Positions 1-9,518 of a stretch of DNA of 64,000 bases are shown here, piece after piece. Positions within the stretch are counted from its first letter, which is position 1. The number at the start of each line of letters is the position of its first letter. A program made the position numbers and the translations under genes. The notes under the pieces were generated by a model that saw nothing but the letters and a program-made list of their open reading frames with translations, searched no databases and was not told the DNA's origin. The DNA lies in contig JBFMAF010000052.1 of NCBI GenBank assembly GCA_040755995.1, positions 1-64,000 of the forward strand, in the 5' to 3' direction. This DNA comes from Acidobacteriota bacterium. Its GTDB lineage: Bacteria; Acidobacteriota; CAIWXX01.

Positions 1-95
1 CCAAGAAGACTCCCGTGAAGCGAACAGCGGCCGCGCGGAGACCCGCGCGGGCGGCGAAAGCCAAGAAGAGCGCGGGCGGCAGGAAACGACGGTAG
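1..95 (+). CDS. 3' end of a gene running in from the left edge, with a Lys/Arg/Ala-rich basic tail
   Basis: Frame from base 3 reads KKTPVKRTAAARRPARAAKAKKSAGGRKRR and stops at TAG 93-95. Confidence 0.65.
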   Translation, partial: KKTPVKRTAAARRPARAAKAKKSAGGRKRR

Positions 96-118
96 AGTCC
101 GACTGAGCGATCGCGAGA

Positions 119-156
119 CCGGGGCGCCGGAGCCAAGTCGATTCCGGCGTCCCCGG
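119..156. terminator. GC-rich hairpin between convergent genes, possible bidirectional terminator
   Basis: CCGGGGCGCCGGA (119-131) pairs with TCCGGCG-T-CCCCGG (143-156); no strong U-tract. Confidence 0.45.
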
Positions 157-158
157 AT

Positions 159-1634
159 CTAATAGAGGCCGGGCGTGCGGCCGTGTCCCATCTCGTTGAG
201 CGCCCGGTCGATGGCTTCTCGCCAGCTGTCGTTGCAAGCGGGGTGGGCGAGGGCGCGACCGTACAGATCACGCGCCTGGTCGAAGCGGCCGTCGGCGCGC
301 AGCCTCTCGGCGTCGCGGTAGAGCTGCATGATATCCTCGCTCGTGGCAGACATGTCGCTGGGCGGAGTTGGCTCTGCTGCGCGCGCTTCCTCTGGAGATC
401 CGGCGGCTACCATGCGACGTTTCGCCAGCGCGAAGAACTCGGCTGGGATCTCGTTGCGGATTTCACGCGAGACAGACTTGACCAGCGTCTCGGCCAGCTC
501 GTTCTCGCCGTTCTCGATGTAGGCACTGAGCAGTCGTACGGCTATCTTCCCGGCGGCCGCCTTCTGCCTGGACGCCAGCTCGATCTGGTAGAGCTCGCCC
601 AATGCATGGAGATCGCCGGGCGCGCGTCGAAGCAGCTCCTCGATCCGGCGGCGCGCGAGCGTGAGGTTGCCATCGAGGCGGAGCTCCGCGGCCCTGTCGA
701 CGGCCGACGGGCGATCAGGGGCGACCTTCCGCTCGATCGCGGGATCAATGAACCGCTCCTCAATGCCAAGCGCCTTGATCAGCATGGCCGCAGCGGCCCC
801 GATCATGAATCCCGCGACGTGCGCAGCGTATGCGATGCCGGAGGAATCGCCGTCGAGGTTCATGAGGAGCGCCTGGCTCAGGAACCAGAAAGGCAGCACG
901 AGGTACGCCGGGACCGAAAAGCCGGCACGGATGAACTTGATGAAGAGGATGGTCACGAAAAGAAACCGGATCCTCCTGTTGTAGCACCGAACGAGGAAGG
1001 CGCCCATCAGCCCCGCTATCGCACCCGATGCCCCGATGAGCGTCCCCGAGTCGGCGCCGGACTTCACCATGTGGAGAAGGGCCGCGGAGACGCCGGAGAG
1101 AAAGTAGAGCAGTGGGAACAGGATCCGTCCATAGACGTCCTCCAACAGCCTCCCGACGACCCAGAGAAAAAGCATGTTGCCGAGCAGATGGAAGATGTCA
1201 GCATGGAGAAACAGGTGGGTGACTACCGTCAGCGCGCTTGGAGCCCGCGGATTGAACCCGAGTCTCTGTCCAGGATCCTCGTAGTACGTCTCCAGGAGGT
1301 CTGAAGCGAGCTGGTCGAGCTTCGCTTGCTCGGAGCCGAGCGCGGCGCCTCGAGGAGCCTCTGCGGTCTGCTCCGCCTCCATCCGGATCTGTTCCAACTC
1401 CTTCAAGAAAGGCGCGGGCAACGGCTGCAGATCCTGGGGCACCCGGAGGTAGGGATGGCCGGCGAGGAACGACTCCACCTGTGCCGCCCGCCGATCGAGC
1501 TGGCTGACCCACTGCTCCTCGTTGTGGCCGAGGCACATGAGGAAGGTGAGCGCATTCAGGCCCATGATCACGAAGCACACGACCGGCCGCCGCCTCATGG
1601 TGTACTGATCGTGTCCGACGGGAATCAGGAACAT
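159..1634 (-). CDS. Rhomboid-family intramembrane serine protease with soluble helical insert and C-terminal TPR-like region
   Basis: FLHADIFHLLGNMLFLW, catalytic GASGA and AHVAG motifs, multiple TM segments; helical C-terminus. Confidence 0.9.
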   Translation of the reverse strand: MFLIPVGHDQYTMRRRPVVCFVIMGLNALTFLMCLGHNEEQWVSQLDRRAAQVESFLAGHPYLRVPQDLQPLPAPFLKELEQIRMEAEQTAEAPRGAALGSEQAKLDQLASDLLETYYEDPGQRLGFNPRAPSALTVVTHLFLHADIFHLLGNMLFLWVVGRLLEDVYGRILFPLLYFLSGVSAALLHMVKSGADSGTLIGASGAIAGLMGAFLVRCYNRRIRFLFVTILFIKFIRAGFSVPAYLVLPFWFLSQALLMNLDGDSSGIAYAAHVAGFMIGAAAAMLIKALGIEERFIDPAIERKVAPDRPSAVDRAAELRLDGNLTLARRRIEELLRRAPGDLHALGELYQIELASRQKAAAGKIAVRLLSAYIENGENELAETLVKSVSREIRNEIPAEFFALAKRRMVAAGSPEEARAAEPTPPSDMSATSEDIMQLYRDAERLRADGRFDQARDLYGRALAHPACNDSWREAIDRALNEMGHGRTPGLY

Positions 1635-1704
1635 TTCTTGGTGCCCCGACCGCCCTGCGTATTCTCCGGGCCCGACGGTCGTATCACCCCGGAGGTCACT
1701 TTCC

Positions 1705-2769
1705 TCAGATCCCGAAGGATCCGATGATCTCCCGCAATTCGGCCTCTACCGATGAGAAATCCTCTTGCAGGGCGAAGGCGACGACTTGGAAGGCAGTGCG
1801 GCCCGCCACATAGAGTCCGCAGTAGTACTCCAGCTTCTGTCCTTCCACCTCGATGCGCGCGTGAACGAACTGCCCGTATTGCCTTGCCTGGAACGGTTCG
1901 TTCTTTACGACCTCGATGCGCGTGCTGGCGCTCTTGAGGTTCTCGATGACCGCGCCGGCGAATGCGCCCAGGTCGAGCGTGCTGCCGGCGGGAAGTTGTT
2001 CGACAATGATCATCAGGTTGGCGCCGTTGCGGATATTGATGGCCCAGCGGTCTGCCAGAGGGTTGTCGCCTTTCGCCCGGCCTTCGGGCCGCAGGTACCA
2101 GTCATCGCCGGGGATGGCGACACGGTACGGGGCCGCCCTGCCCGCGATGATCTTCGCCGGATCGCTGACGATCTCGCCTTGGAGAAACAGCACCTGTCGT
2201 GCGACAGCAACAGGAGCCACGATAGAGGCCGTCTCGATTAGGAAGTACAGGCCGAGGACGGCCACCGCGCCAGACATCCGAAGCACGCTTGGGGTTCCGA
2301 AGAGCAACAACAGCAGGCTGCCCGAGTAGGCTGTCTGCGCCGCCATCATTACGTAGTCATGGTCGATGGCATACCAGCCGCCGAAGATGACCAGCCCCAA
2401 TATCACCATGACGCGTGCCCACCCGAGAGCGCGGCGCCGGTTGGCCACCAGGAAGCCGCCCACGACGACGGAGACAAGAGCCCCGGCGGGGCTGCTGGTG
2501 GGACCCGTGCCCTTCATCAGCTCGGGCTGCAGGAGTCGCTCCAGAATGAGAAAGATCCCGTTGAGAACCAGCGCGACTCCCGCAATGCGGACGCTCAACG
2601 GCAGACCTTCCATCTGCACTGCCTGCCGCTGCTCCTCAGTCGTTGCGACCGGTTGGATCGGCTGAGCAGCATCGACCAGTTCCACGGTCCCCCCGCATCG
2701 CGGACACAGCCCGTCGGGTCTCGCCGAGTGCTTCAGGCCACAACTGCTACATTGTACCCACTCTGCCAT
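1705..2769 (-). CDS. Membrane protein with N-terminal zinc ribbon, about 5 TM helices and a soluble C-terminal domain (PsbP/DcrB-like by inference)
   Basis: CSSC...CPRC at the N-terminus; hydrophobic segments; GGAGGAG RBS upstream on the minus strand. Confidence 0.7.
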   Translation of the reverse strand: MAEWVQCSSCGLKHSARPDGLCPRCGGTVELVDAAQPIQPVATTEEQRQAVQMEGLPLSVRIAGVALVLNGIFLILERLLQPELMKGTGPTSSPAGALVSVVVGGFLVANRRRALGWARVMVILGLVIFGGWYAIDHDYVMMAAQTAYSGSLLLLLFGTPSVLRMSGAVAVLGLYFLIETASIVAPVAVARQVLFLQGEIVSDPAKIIAGRAAPYRVAIPGDDWYLRPEGRAKGDNPLADRWAINIRNGANLMIIVEQLPAGSTLDLGAFAGAVIENLKSASTRIEVVKNEPFQARQYGQFVHARIEVEGQKLEYYCGLYVAGRTAFQVVAFALQEDFSSVEAELREIIGSFGI

Positions 2770-2990
2770 GACTCCTCCATTTCTCAGCCGCCAGCGGGGC
2801 CGGGCCGTGATTCACGACGACGTTGGAACGCAAATCCCGCCACGGGAAGTATACGCCTGGGGGTCATGGGGACGAAGAGGAATCTGTGCCGGTCCGTGCG
2901 GATGGGGCCGTCACAGAACGCCGGTGACCTCGGAGAGGCTGTGCTATCGGCGCATGGCCACAGAACCGCCTCTGCTCTGCTGGCGAGGCC

Positions 2991-4904
2991 TCACTGCATG
3001 AGGCCCGACCATACGCCGCCGTATGTTCCTGCCAGCACCCGCCGCGTGTCGGATGGATCGATCACCACGTCCGCGATCGGGAGATAGAAGTCGAAGTCCG
3101 CCGGGGAGATCTTCTCCCACAGGGCGCCATGGGAGCTCCGGTAGACGCCCGAGCCGCCGGAAACATACACCACCGCGGGATCAGCGGGGTCCAGGGTGAC
3201 CGCGTAGACATAGGGGCAGTCGAGTCCCGAGCAGTTCCGCTTCCACTTCTTTCCGCCGTCCGAGCTCTGGAAGATGTGGGCGCCGATTGTCGAGGCATAG
3301 ACCATCTTCGGGTTTGTGGGATTGATGGCGAAGGACGAGACACTCCAGGAGGAGCCCATTCCGGCGCGGGACGGTGTCCATGCGCCTCCGGCATTCGCCG
3401 ACCTGAATACTCCTTTGTTCCATGTGCCGGCGTAGACGACATTGCTGTCGGTTGGATCGACGGCCACGGAGGTGACGGAGGTCTGGCCCAAAACGCCGCT
3501 CGCGCACTGCCGCCAGGCCGCGCCGCCGTCAGTCGTCTTGTAGACGCCTAGCAGCGTGCCTGCATAGAGGACGCTGGAGCTCGCTCGGTCCACCGCGAGG
3601 GCGCGAGCGGTCTTGTTCAGCAGACCGTTGCTTATCTCGGTCCACTTGAGCCCGCCGTCGGCGCTCTTGAAAACGCCGGCATCCGACCCCGCGTAGATCG
3701 TCCCCTGCAGATCGACCGCAAGCGTGTTGATACGCCGCTTCTGGTAGACGTCGCTGCCGCTGGAGCCGGCCGGCATCCACGTGCCGGTGCTCCAGGTGTT
3801 GCCGTGATCCGTGCTCCGATAAACGCCGGCGTTGGTTGCGGCGCAGACCCGATTCGGCCGGGCCGGATCGAACACGAGCGCGCGAACTTCCATCGCCGAT
3901 AGCCCCTTGTTCGTCGACCGCCACTTGCCACCCGCACTCTTGAACACGCCATCCCCGTACGTGGCCGCGTAGGCCACCTTGTGAGAGGCAGGATCGACTG
4001 CCACGTCCCAGACAACGCGTCCGCGAAACGCCGGGTCGGCCGCCCAGGTGGCGCCGCCGTCGGTCGATCCGGACAGCCCGTCGAACTTGTTCGCAACATA
4101 GACGGTCCCCGGTGCTACGGGGTCCATGACGAGGCGACAGCCCCAGTTGTTCGGCTGAAATCCAAGCTGGCTCCAGGTGGCTCCCCCGTCCGTGCTCTTC
4201 TGCGCGTAGTCACCTGTCGCATAGATCGTGTTCGGATTCAGAGGGTCCAACGACACCGATGACGCGTATTCGAAGGTCCCGATCGCCGTCCAACTACCGC
4301 CGGAGTCGGCGCTCTTGTACAGGCCCTTCGAGGTAGCGGCGAAAAGGATACGACGATCAGTCGGGTGCATCCGCAAGTCATGCACAGCGCCGACGCTCCC
4401 GCAGCTCTTCCACGAACTCCCGGAATCGGTGCTCTTCAGAACCTCGCCCCTCGCGTTCTCCGCAACGCCAGCGAACACGACCTTGGGATCCGCGGCGTCG
4501 ACACAGAGCGCCGGCACCCTGGCGTTCTCATTCCCCAAATGGACAACAGCCCACGTCTCACCACCGTCAATGGTCTTCGAAATCCTGCCCTTGGAGGACC
4601 CGGCGTAGACAGTCTGCGGGTTCTGGGGATCGATCGCCAGCGAGTGTACCTGGAAGGCGTCCCATGAGAGCGATGCGCTGATCCATGTCCATGTACTGCC
4701 GCCGTTGGTGCTCTTGAAAACCCCGCGGTACCATGTGCCCAGGTACAGTATCTTGGAGTTGTGGGGATCAACGACGACCGTCGTCGTGATTCCGCCGTAA
4801 GGACCGCGGAAAACCCAGCTCGCCGGCGCTGCGGCAGCGCCGCCGGATGACACCGGATAGATTGCAGCAACGATCGCAATTCCGGCGAATCGGTTGAGTC
4901 TCAT
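2991..4904 (-). CDS. Secreted BNR/Asp-box beta-propeller protein (VPS10/YCF48-like)
   Basis: Signal peptide; more than 10 S/T-x-D/N-G-G-x-S/T-W repeats with VYAGT strands; GGAGGT RBS. Confidence 0.9.
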   Translation of the reverse strand: MRLNRFAGIAIVAAIYPVSSGGAAAAPASWVFRGPYGGITTTVVVDPHNSKILYLGTWYRGVFKSTNGGSTWTWISASLSWDAFQVHSLAIDPQNPQTVYAGSSKGRISKTIDGGETWAVVHLGNENARVPALCVDAADPKVVFAGVAENARGEVLKSTDSGSSWKSCGSVGAVHDLRMHPTDRRILFAATSKGLYKSADSGGSWTAIGTFEYASSVSLDPLNPNTIYATGDYAQKSTDGGATWSQLGFQPNNWGCRLVMDPVAPGTVYVANKFDGLSGSTDGGATWAADPAFRGRVVWDVAVDPASHKVAYAATYGDGVFKSAGGKWRSTNKGLSAMEVRALVFDPARPNRVCAATNAGVYRSTDHGNTWSTGTWMPAGSSGSDVYQKRRINTLAVDLQGTIYAGSDAGVFKSADGGLKWTEISNGLLNKTARALAVDRASSSVLYAGTLLGVYKTTDGGAAWRQCASGVLGQTSVTSVAVDPTDSNVVYAGTWNKGVFRSANAGGAWTPSRAGMGSSWSVSSFAINPTNPKMVYASTIGAHIFQSSDGGKKWKRNCSGLDCPYVYAVTLDPADPAVVYVSGGSGVYRSSHGALWEKISPADFDFYLPIADVVIDPSDTRRVLAGTYGGVWSGLMQ

Positions 4905-5086
4905 GACGATACACCTCCGCGTTGGTTCGCTTTCTGCGTCCCCGGGCGGCGGACGCCGCTCCCCCTGAAGAAAGACGTTTTCGGATACCCGCGTCCCTCA
5001 TTCTCGCTCAAACCGGGATTGGAGTAAAATGTGAGTTGCACACAGGACGTTCCCGAGGCAGCGAGCACGATGGAGGTCGGCACGCC

Positions 5087-7141
5087 ATGATCATGCATTT
5101 GGACAGACAGTCTTTCTTCACCGAGATCGCACGGTTCCTCTGCATCGGTCTGATGATCTTCCCGGCCGCCGCCCTGGGCGCGACACCCGACTGGACGCGC
5201 ACGGCGCGGCTCGCAGGCAGCGAGACACTCAGCCCGGACCTGTCCGATGCCGAGATCGCGGGGGCCCTTGACGAGCATCACGCGCAGAACGTGTCGGTGC
5301 TGCTCATCTGGGCCGACGAGGAGCAGGCGTACAAGCTGGCGGCGTCTCGGCTGGCGTATCTGAAGACCGTTGCCACAAAGGCGCACGCGTACGACCCGCC
5401 GATGAGAGTCGTCCTGTACCTTGCGCCGCTGGAGCAGATCAGCTCGGACGTCGACATGAACAAGGACGGCAAAGTCGATCCTGGAAAGCACTCGGTCTAT
5501 TCCGACCATCCCGGCTGGGTGCAGGTCGGTATCGACGGCAGGCCGGCCGTCTTCTATGGTGCCATCGCGTTCTGGGTCGGCCCGCACGACGAAGACGCGT
5601 GGACCTGCCCGAATGACCCGGAATGGCGAGCGCTCGAGATCGCGGGATTCCAGAAGATTGGCGAGACCGGTATCGACGGAGTCTGGTGGGATCGTCCCGA
5701 ATTCATGAGTGATCTCGGCACTTCGAAGTGGCAGCGACAATGGGCCTGCCACTGCAGCGACTGCAAGGCCGCATTCCGCAGGGACAAGAGTGCCGAGATC
5801 CCGCCGGCTGTCGACTTCAGTAACAAGACCTGGCGCGACTGGATTGAGTGGCGATTCGAGAAGATGGGCAGGTTCATCGCGGATTGTCGCACGGCGGCGC
5901 GAAAGAAGAACCCGAATTTCGTGCTGTTCAACGAGTTCTACGACCGCACCGACTGGTACACGACGGAAGCCGGTTTTTCCGACCTGAGGACACGCGGTTA
6001 CCACGACGGTGTCGCGCATGAATGGGGAACGCGCGATCCGCCGAGCAAGTACAAGAACTTCGACTGGAAGGCCGATATCGCTACATACCGCGCCTACCGC
6101 GGCTTCGACCGGGACCATCCATCGTGGGTCCTGGCCTACTCGCAATCGGTGGAGAACGCGAAGACACTGGCCTCGGGGCAGCTTCTCACCGGATGCAACT
6201 TCTACGAGGTGAAGTATTACCAGATGGTGCCGTCGGTCAACAAGGAGTTCCGCCGCCAGATTTTTAGCTGGATCCGCGATAACGAAGAGCTGTACTACGC
6301 GAGCGATCTCAAGCCATTCGCGAACGTCGCGTTGTACTACAGCGATCCGTCGGTTCATTGGATCGATGCGCCGTCGCGCGGCAACGACGACTTCTTCGAA
6401 GAGTTCAACGGGCTCGGGATTCTATTTGGCGAGCTGCACGTCAGCTACTGCGTGATCGGCCCGCACAGGCTCTCGGAGCTCGGGAGCTTCGACGCCGTGG
6501 TTCTGCCCAACGCCGCGTCAATGTCTGACTCGGAAGCCGCGGCATTCAACGATTACGTCAAAGAGGGCGGCGTACTGATCTCGACTGCCGAGACATCGCT
6601 CTACGACAGCGGCGGGCAGAGGCGGAGCGATTACGCGCTCAAAGATGTCTTCGGTGCCAACTATCCTGTCGGCGGCGTTGTAGTCCACCCCTACGGATCT
6701 GGATTGTCTGTCTTCTCACCTGACCGGTGGGGGCAGGAATACTTCGCCGCTGTGAAACCCGGATCGCCGAAAACGAACACCGCGCGCGAAAAGAGCCTGC
6801 GCGCCGACTTCGCTCGCGAAGTCTGGACGCCGGCCGGGGTCGATTCTCAGGTGAGCCTAGCGGGGCACGAATGGCTCGCGACCGAGATTTACTACACTAA
6901 TAGTAAAGTGATCCTTCGAGTCGCAAACTACAAGAACATCAAGGCGCCGTCGCAGAGGCCCGCGCCGGACAACAACGTGACGACCGATTTACGGCTGCCC
7001 GACGGCTTCACCCCGGGCCGCGCGACCGTCACCGAGCTCCTAGGCGCCGCCCGTTCCCAATCCTTCAGCCTCCCTCGGCCCGGCTGGGCGCGTGTCACGT
7101 TCTCGGTGAAGAACCACGTGGTGATCCTGTTCGAAGAATGA
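5087..7141 (+). CDS. Secreted glycoside hydrolase-like protein (TIM barrel plus class I GATase-like/beta-galactosidase trimerization domain)
   Basis: GGAGGT RBS before ATG 5087; signal-like N-terminus; GIDGVWWD and CHCSDCKAAF motifs; FDAVVLPNAASMS...YVKEGGVLI trimerization-type segment. Confidence 0.75.
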   Translation: MIMHLDRQSFFTEIARFLCIGLMIFPAAALGATPDWTRTARLAGSETLSPDLSDAEIAGALDEHHAQNVSVLLIWADEEQAYKLAASRLAYLKTVATKAHAYDPPMRVVLYLAPLEQISSDVDMNKDGKVDPGKHSVYSDHPGWVQVGIDGRPAVFYGAIAFWVGPHDEDAWTCPNDPEWRALEIAGFQKIGETGIDGVWWDRPEFMSDLGTSKWQRQWACHCSDCKAAFRRDKSAEIPPAVDFSNKTWRDWIEWRFEKMGRFIADCRTAARKKNPNFVLFNEFYDRTDWYTTEAGFSDLRTRGYHDGVAHEWGTRDPPSKYKNFDWKADIATYRAYRGFDRDHPSWVLAYSQSVENAKTLASGQLLTGCNFYEVKYYQMVPSVNKEFRRQIFSWIRDNEELYYASDLKPFANVALYYSDPSVHWIDAPSRGNDDFFEEFNGLGILFGELHVSYCVIGPHRLSELGSFDAVVLPNAASMSDSEAAAFNDYVKEGGVLISTAETSLYDSGGQRRSDYALKDVFGANYPVGGVVVHPYGSGLSVFSPDRWGQEYFAAVKPGSPKTNTAREKSLRADFAREVWTPAGVDSQVSLAGHEWLATEIYYTNSKVILRVANYKNIKAPSQRPAPDNNVTTDLRLPDGFTPGRATVTELLGAARSQSFSLPRPGWARVTFSVKNHVVILFEE

Positions 7142-7154
7142 AAGCAGGTCGTCG

Positions 7155-7264
7155 AGCAGGAAAAGGGCGCTGCGAGCTACGCGCCTGCCGTGGACCCGGT
7201 CGAGATAGCGGATCGACGCAGACCCAAGCAGGAAAAGGGCGCTGCGAGCTACGCGCCTGCCGTG
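7155..7264. repeat. Two identical 38-bp direct repeats separated by 34 bp
   Basis: AGCAGGAAAAGGGCGCTGCGAGCTACGCGCCTGCCGTG at 7155-7192 and 7227-7264. Confidence 0.95.
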
Positions 7265-7499
7265 CGCTTCGTCGAACATGTAGACTGGCGCATGGCCGAG
7301 ATGGTGGTAGTGCACCCCAACCTGGACACAAACTTGACAGCAGGATTGGCAGGGAGATACTGTCCTGGTCAATCAGAAATGGGAACGGGGTCGTATGCGA
7401 TGTTGGGGAACACCATACCAGGAATTCGCAGCCAGATCGGCCTCCAGTTGGCGGTCGACCCACAGCGTGTGATCCAATCCAGGCCCGGGGTAAGGAACC

Positions 7500-8372
7500 A
7501 TGAAAACAGTCAACGCCGCTCTGATCGACGAGAGATGGCAAAGAACGAAGTTCAAGAGTCAAACAGGTTTCGAATCGAAGGAACGTAGGGACGTCCTTGA
7601 CCGGGCATCGGGCAGCGCACAGGACTCCGTCATCTCAGAGGAGCTTCTCCTCGGATGTCTGACCTCCGTCGTCACCGATCTCATTCCTGCGGCCAAGGTG
7701 CAGGCGAAGGCGGGCCTGGCCAGCTCACGGCGGGCCCTTCGTGAGGTTATGGGCACTCGAACGGGGTATGAGCTGGAGCAGGCAAGGGAGAGGTTGAACT
7801 TCCTTGCAGGGGCGTTTCGGTGGGTGGTCGCCAACACCTTCAACAGTCAGACGCACTTCACGAAGGCATCTGCTATCTTGAGGGCCCAATTGGACGGGGA
7901 TGCAGGCAGACCCGTCGATCAGGAGGAGCTCAACGAGAGACTATCTCGGCTGCTTTCGTACGACCTCTGCCTTGTTCGATTCGACCAAGCCGTTGCAGAT
8001 TACCGGGGACTGCTGTCTGAAAGCCAAAGGAAGGGCACCTTCCGAATCCCCTCTCCGGCAGAAGTCCTATCAGAACTGCCACACTTCCTGAACGCAATTG
8101 CACGGGCAGGAGCAGACGCGACCCTTGAGTCGATACGGGGTTCAGTCATGGAGTTCTACGGAAGGCTTCTGACCCCGGCTGGCGACTCAGAAGAGCCGAT
8201 ACTGATCGGGCATGGCATTACCTGGGAGCACCATTTCCTCTTGTCAATCGTGATCGGCCGGATTTTTCTGGGCGTGAAGTCGCCAGTCGGCTGCATCAGG
8301 CCCATTCGGGGTCAGCAGAGACTCCTGGTCATGGGGCACCAGATTCGCAAGCGGCATTCGTCACGATCGTGA
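7500..8372 (+). CDS. Hypothetical protein, possibly the 5' part of a degenerate gene continuing in frame to about 8879
   Basis: AAGGA RBS before ATG; 290-aa ORF with codon usage unlike its neighbours; ORF 8394-8879 is in the same frame. Confidence 0.45.
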   Translation: MKTVNAALIDERWQRTKFKSQTGFESKERRDVLDRASGSAQDSVISEELLLGCLTSVVTDLIPAAKVQAKAGLASSRRALREVMGTRTGYELEQARERLNFLAGAFRWVVANTFNSQTHFTKASAILRAQLDGDAGRPVDQEELNERLSRLLSYDLCLVRFDQAVADYRGLLSESQRKGTFRIPSPAEVLSELPHFLNAIARAGADATLESIRGSVMEFYGRLLTPAGDSEEPILIGHGITWEHHFLLSIVIGRIFLGVKSPVGCIRPIRGQQRLLVMGHQIRKRHSSRS

Positions 8373-8814
8373 GATAGGTCGGCCCTGGAAGACATGATCC
8401 ACGTTGCCGGGATCCGCGACCCAGAGAACTCCCACGTCGTGCATCCTTGCCCTCGGTGCGGCTACCTCAATGTCCTCGAACGCGCAAGGGGCGTTCTACC
8501 TCTGCGGGAGTCTCTTCAAGCCGTTCCTGATCTGCACCAGAACGAAATACGACAGGCATTTGAAGAGCTTGAAGCTACCCCCTCCGGTGCGTCTCTCCGC
8601 ATCGTGCTCAGAACGTACATAGCCTACCTGACCACACTGGTCGCTGCCGATCCCGGTGCGGCGGGGCTCAGCCTGTTACTATCCATGCGCGAGCGTGAGA
8701 AGTCCCTCGATCTGGCTTCCGGTTCATGGTTCGTGGCCACTGGCGGCGCGCCGCCGAGACGTGGAAGGAGAAGCACCTGCGCTGGGGCTCCGTCCCAGCC
8801 CGCGTCCCATCGTC

Positions 8815-8842
8815 TTGATATTTCATGCAATAGTGCTATCAT
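8815..8842 (+). promoter_or_regulatory. Sigma70-type promoter of the TA operon in an AT-rich patch
   Basis: TTGATA (8815-8820), 16 bp, TATCAT (8837-8842) preceded by an extended -10 TG. Confidence 0.5.
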
Positions 8843-8875
8843 GCGATTATACACCATGAACCGGGAGGCATTGCC

Positions 8876-9139
8876 ATGACACTAAAGACCATCGGACAGA
8901 GCGGGCAACTCTCGCTCGGGAAGGAGTACGCGGGCCGACACGTCCTCGTGGACGAGATCGAGCCGGGCACGTGGCTCATCAAGACCGGTGAGTTCATTCC
9001 GGACAACGAACGGTGGATGTGGGAGGCGGAAGCTGCAACGAAAATTGATCGGGCGATCAAGTGGGCCGAATCGAATCCGCCGGCGGAGACCGATCTTGCC
9101 GCCTTGGAGCGCCGCGTCAAGAAAGGCAAGCGCAGGTGA
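8876..9139 (+). CDS. Putative antitoxin (AbrB-like N-terminus)
   Basis: 87 aa, KTIGQSGQLSLGKEYAGR start; GGGAGG RBS; GTGA overlap with the next gene. Confidence 0.65.
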   Translation: MTLKTIGQSGQLSLGKEYAGRHVLVDEIEPGTWLIKTGEFIPDNERWMWEAEAATKIDRAIKWAESNPPAETDLAALERRVKKGKRR

Positions 9140-9518
9140 CGCCGGTTCGTCTGGATCTCAACAACCCGGAATTCCAAGCCGATCTCTTCGCCCTCCAGAA
9201 GGAGGAACAGCATGAGCTCTTAGGCGCGTTAGCGCCTAATCTTCACCAACATGTTGTCAGCGGTGGTGCGCATAGTTAGGAAGCCAGCGCTCTGCCAGGT
9301 TAGGAGCCCTCAAGAAGATCTCGAAGATGTCCTGGGAGCAAGTCTATCGTGATCCAGGACTGAGATGGGAAGCGTGCCTTTCAAAGAAGGAACCACACGG
9401 GAGAAGGTCGTACACGTTTCGAATCACCAAGAGGTTCCGGGCTCTCGCATCTCGCCAGGAGGATTGGCTACGCATTCTCTCGCTTCATCCCGGCCACGAC
9501 TCGGCCTACAAGAGCTAA
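9136..9518 (+). pseudogene. RelE/ParE-like toxin disrupted by an 80-bp insertion
   Basis: Removing 9225-9304 restores a 100-aa ORF MTPVRLDLNN...ELLGALKKISKMSWEQ...YTFRITKRFRA...LSLHPGHDSAYKS. Confidence 0.75.
9225..9304. mobile_element. 80-bp non-coding insertion bounded by TTAGG direct repeats (MITE or IS footprint)
   Basis: TTAGG at 9220-9224 and 9300-9304, with a third copy at 9276-9280; precise removal restores the reading frame. Confidence 0.65.

Noticed and set aside
4901..6358. Long antisense or alternative-frame ORFs (for example 4901-6358 -, 49033-50853 -, 44623-45975 -, 183-1304 +)
   Set aside because: Shadow ORFs of well-supported genes in high-GC DNA, with no recognisable motifs.
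7155..7264. Bona fide CRISPR array
   Set aside because: Only two repeats, atypical termini, no leader and no cas genes; kept only as a repeat finding.
7305..7330. IS3-family terminal inverted repeat (TGGTAGTGCACCCCAACCTGGACAC)
   Set aside because: The resemblance is from memory only; I saw no matching opposite end or transposase fragment.
8370..8372. Selenocysteine read-through of the in-frame TGA
   Set aside because: No redox-motif context and no convincing SECIS hairpin immediately downstream.
9220..9304. Empty integron cassette as the origin of the 80-bp insert (starts TTAGGC, contains GCCTAAT, ends in G)
   Set aside because: The target reads CTT rather than GTT, the L boxes do not pair convincingly, and there is no integrase.
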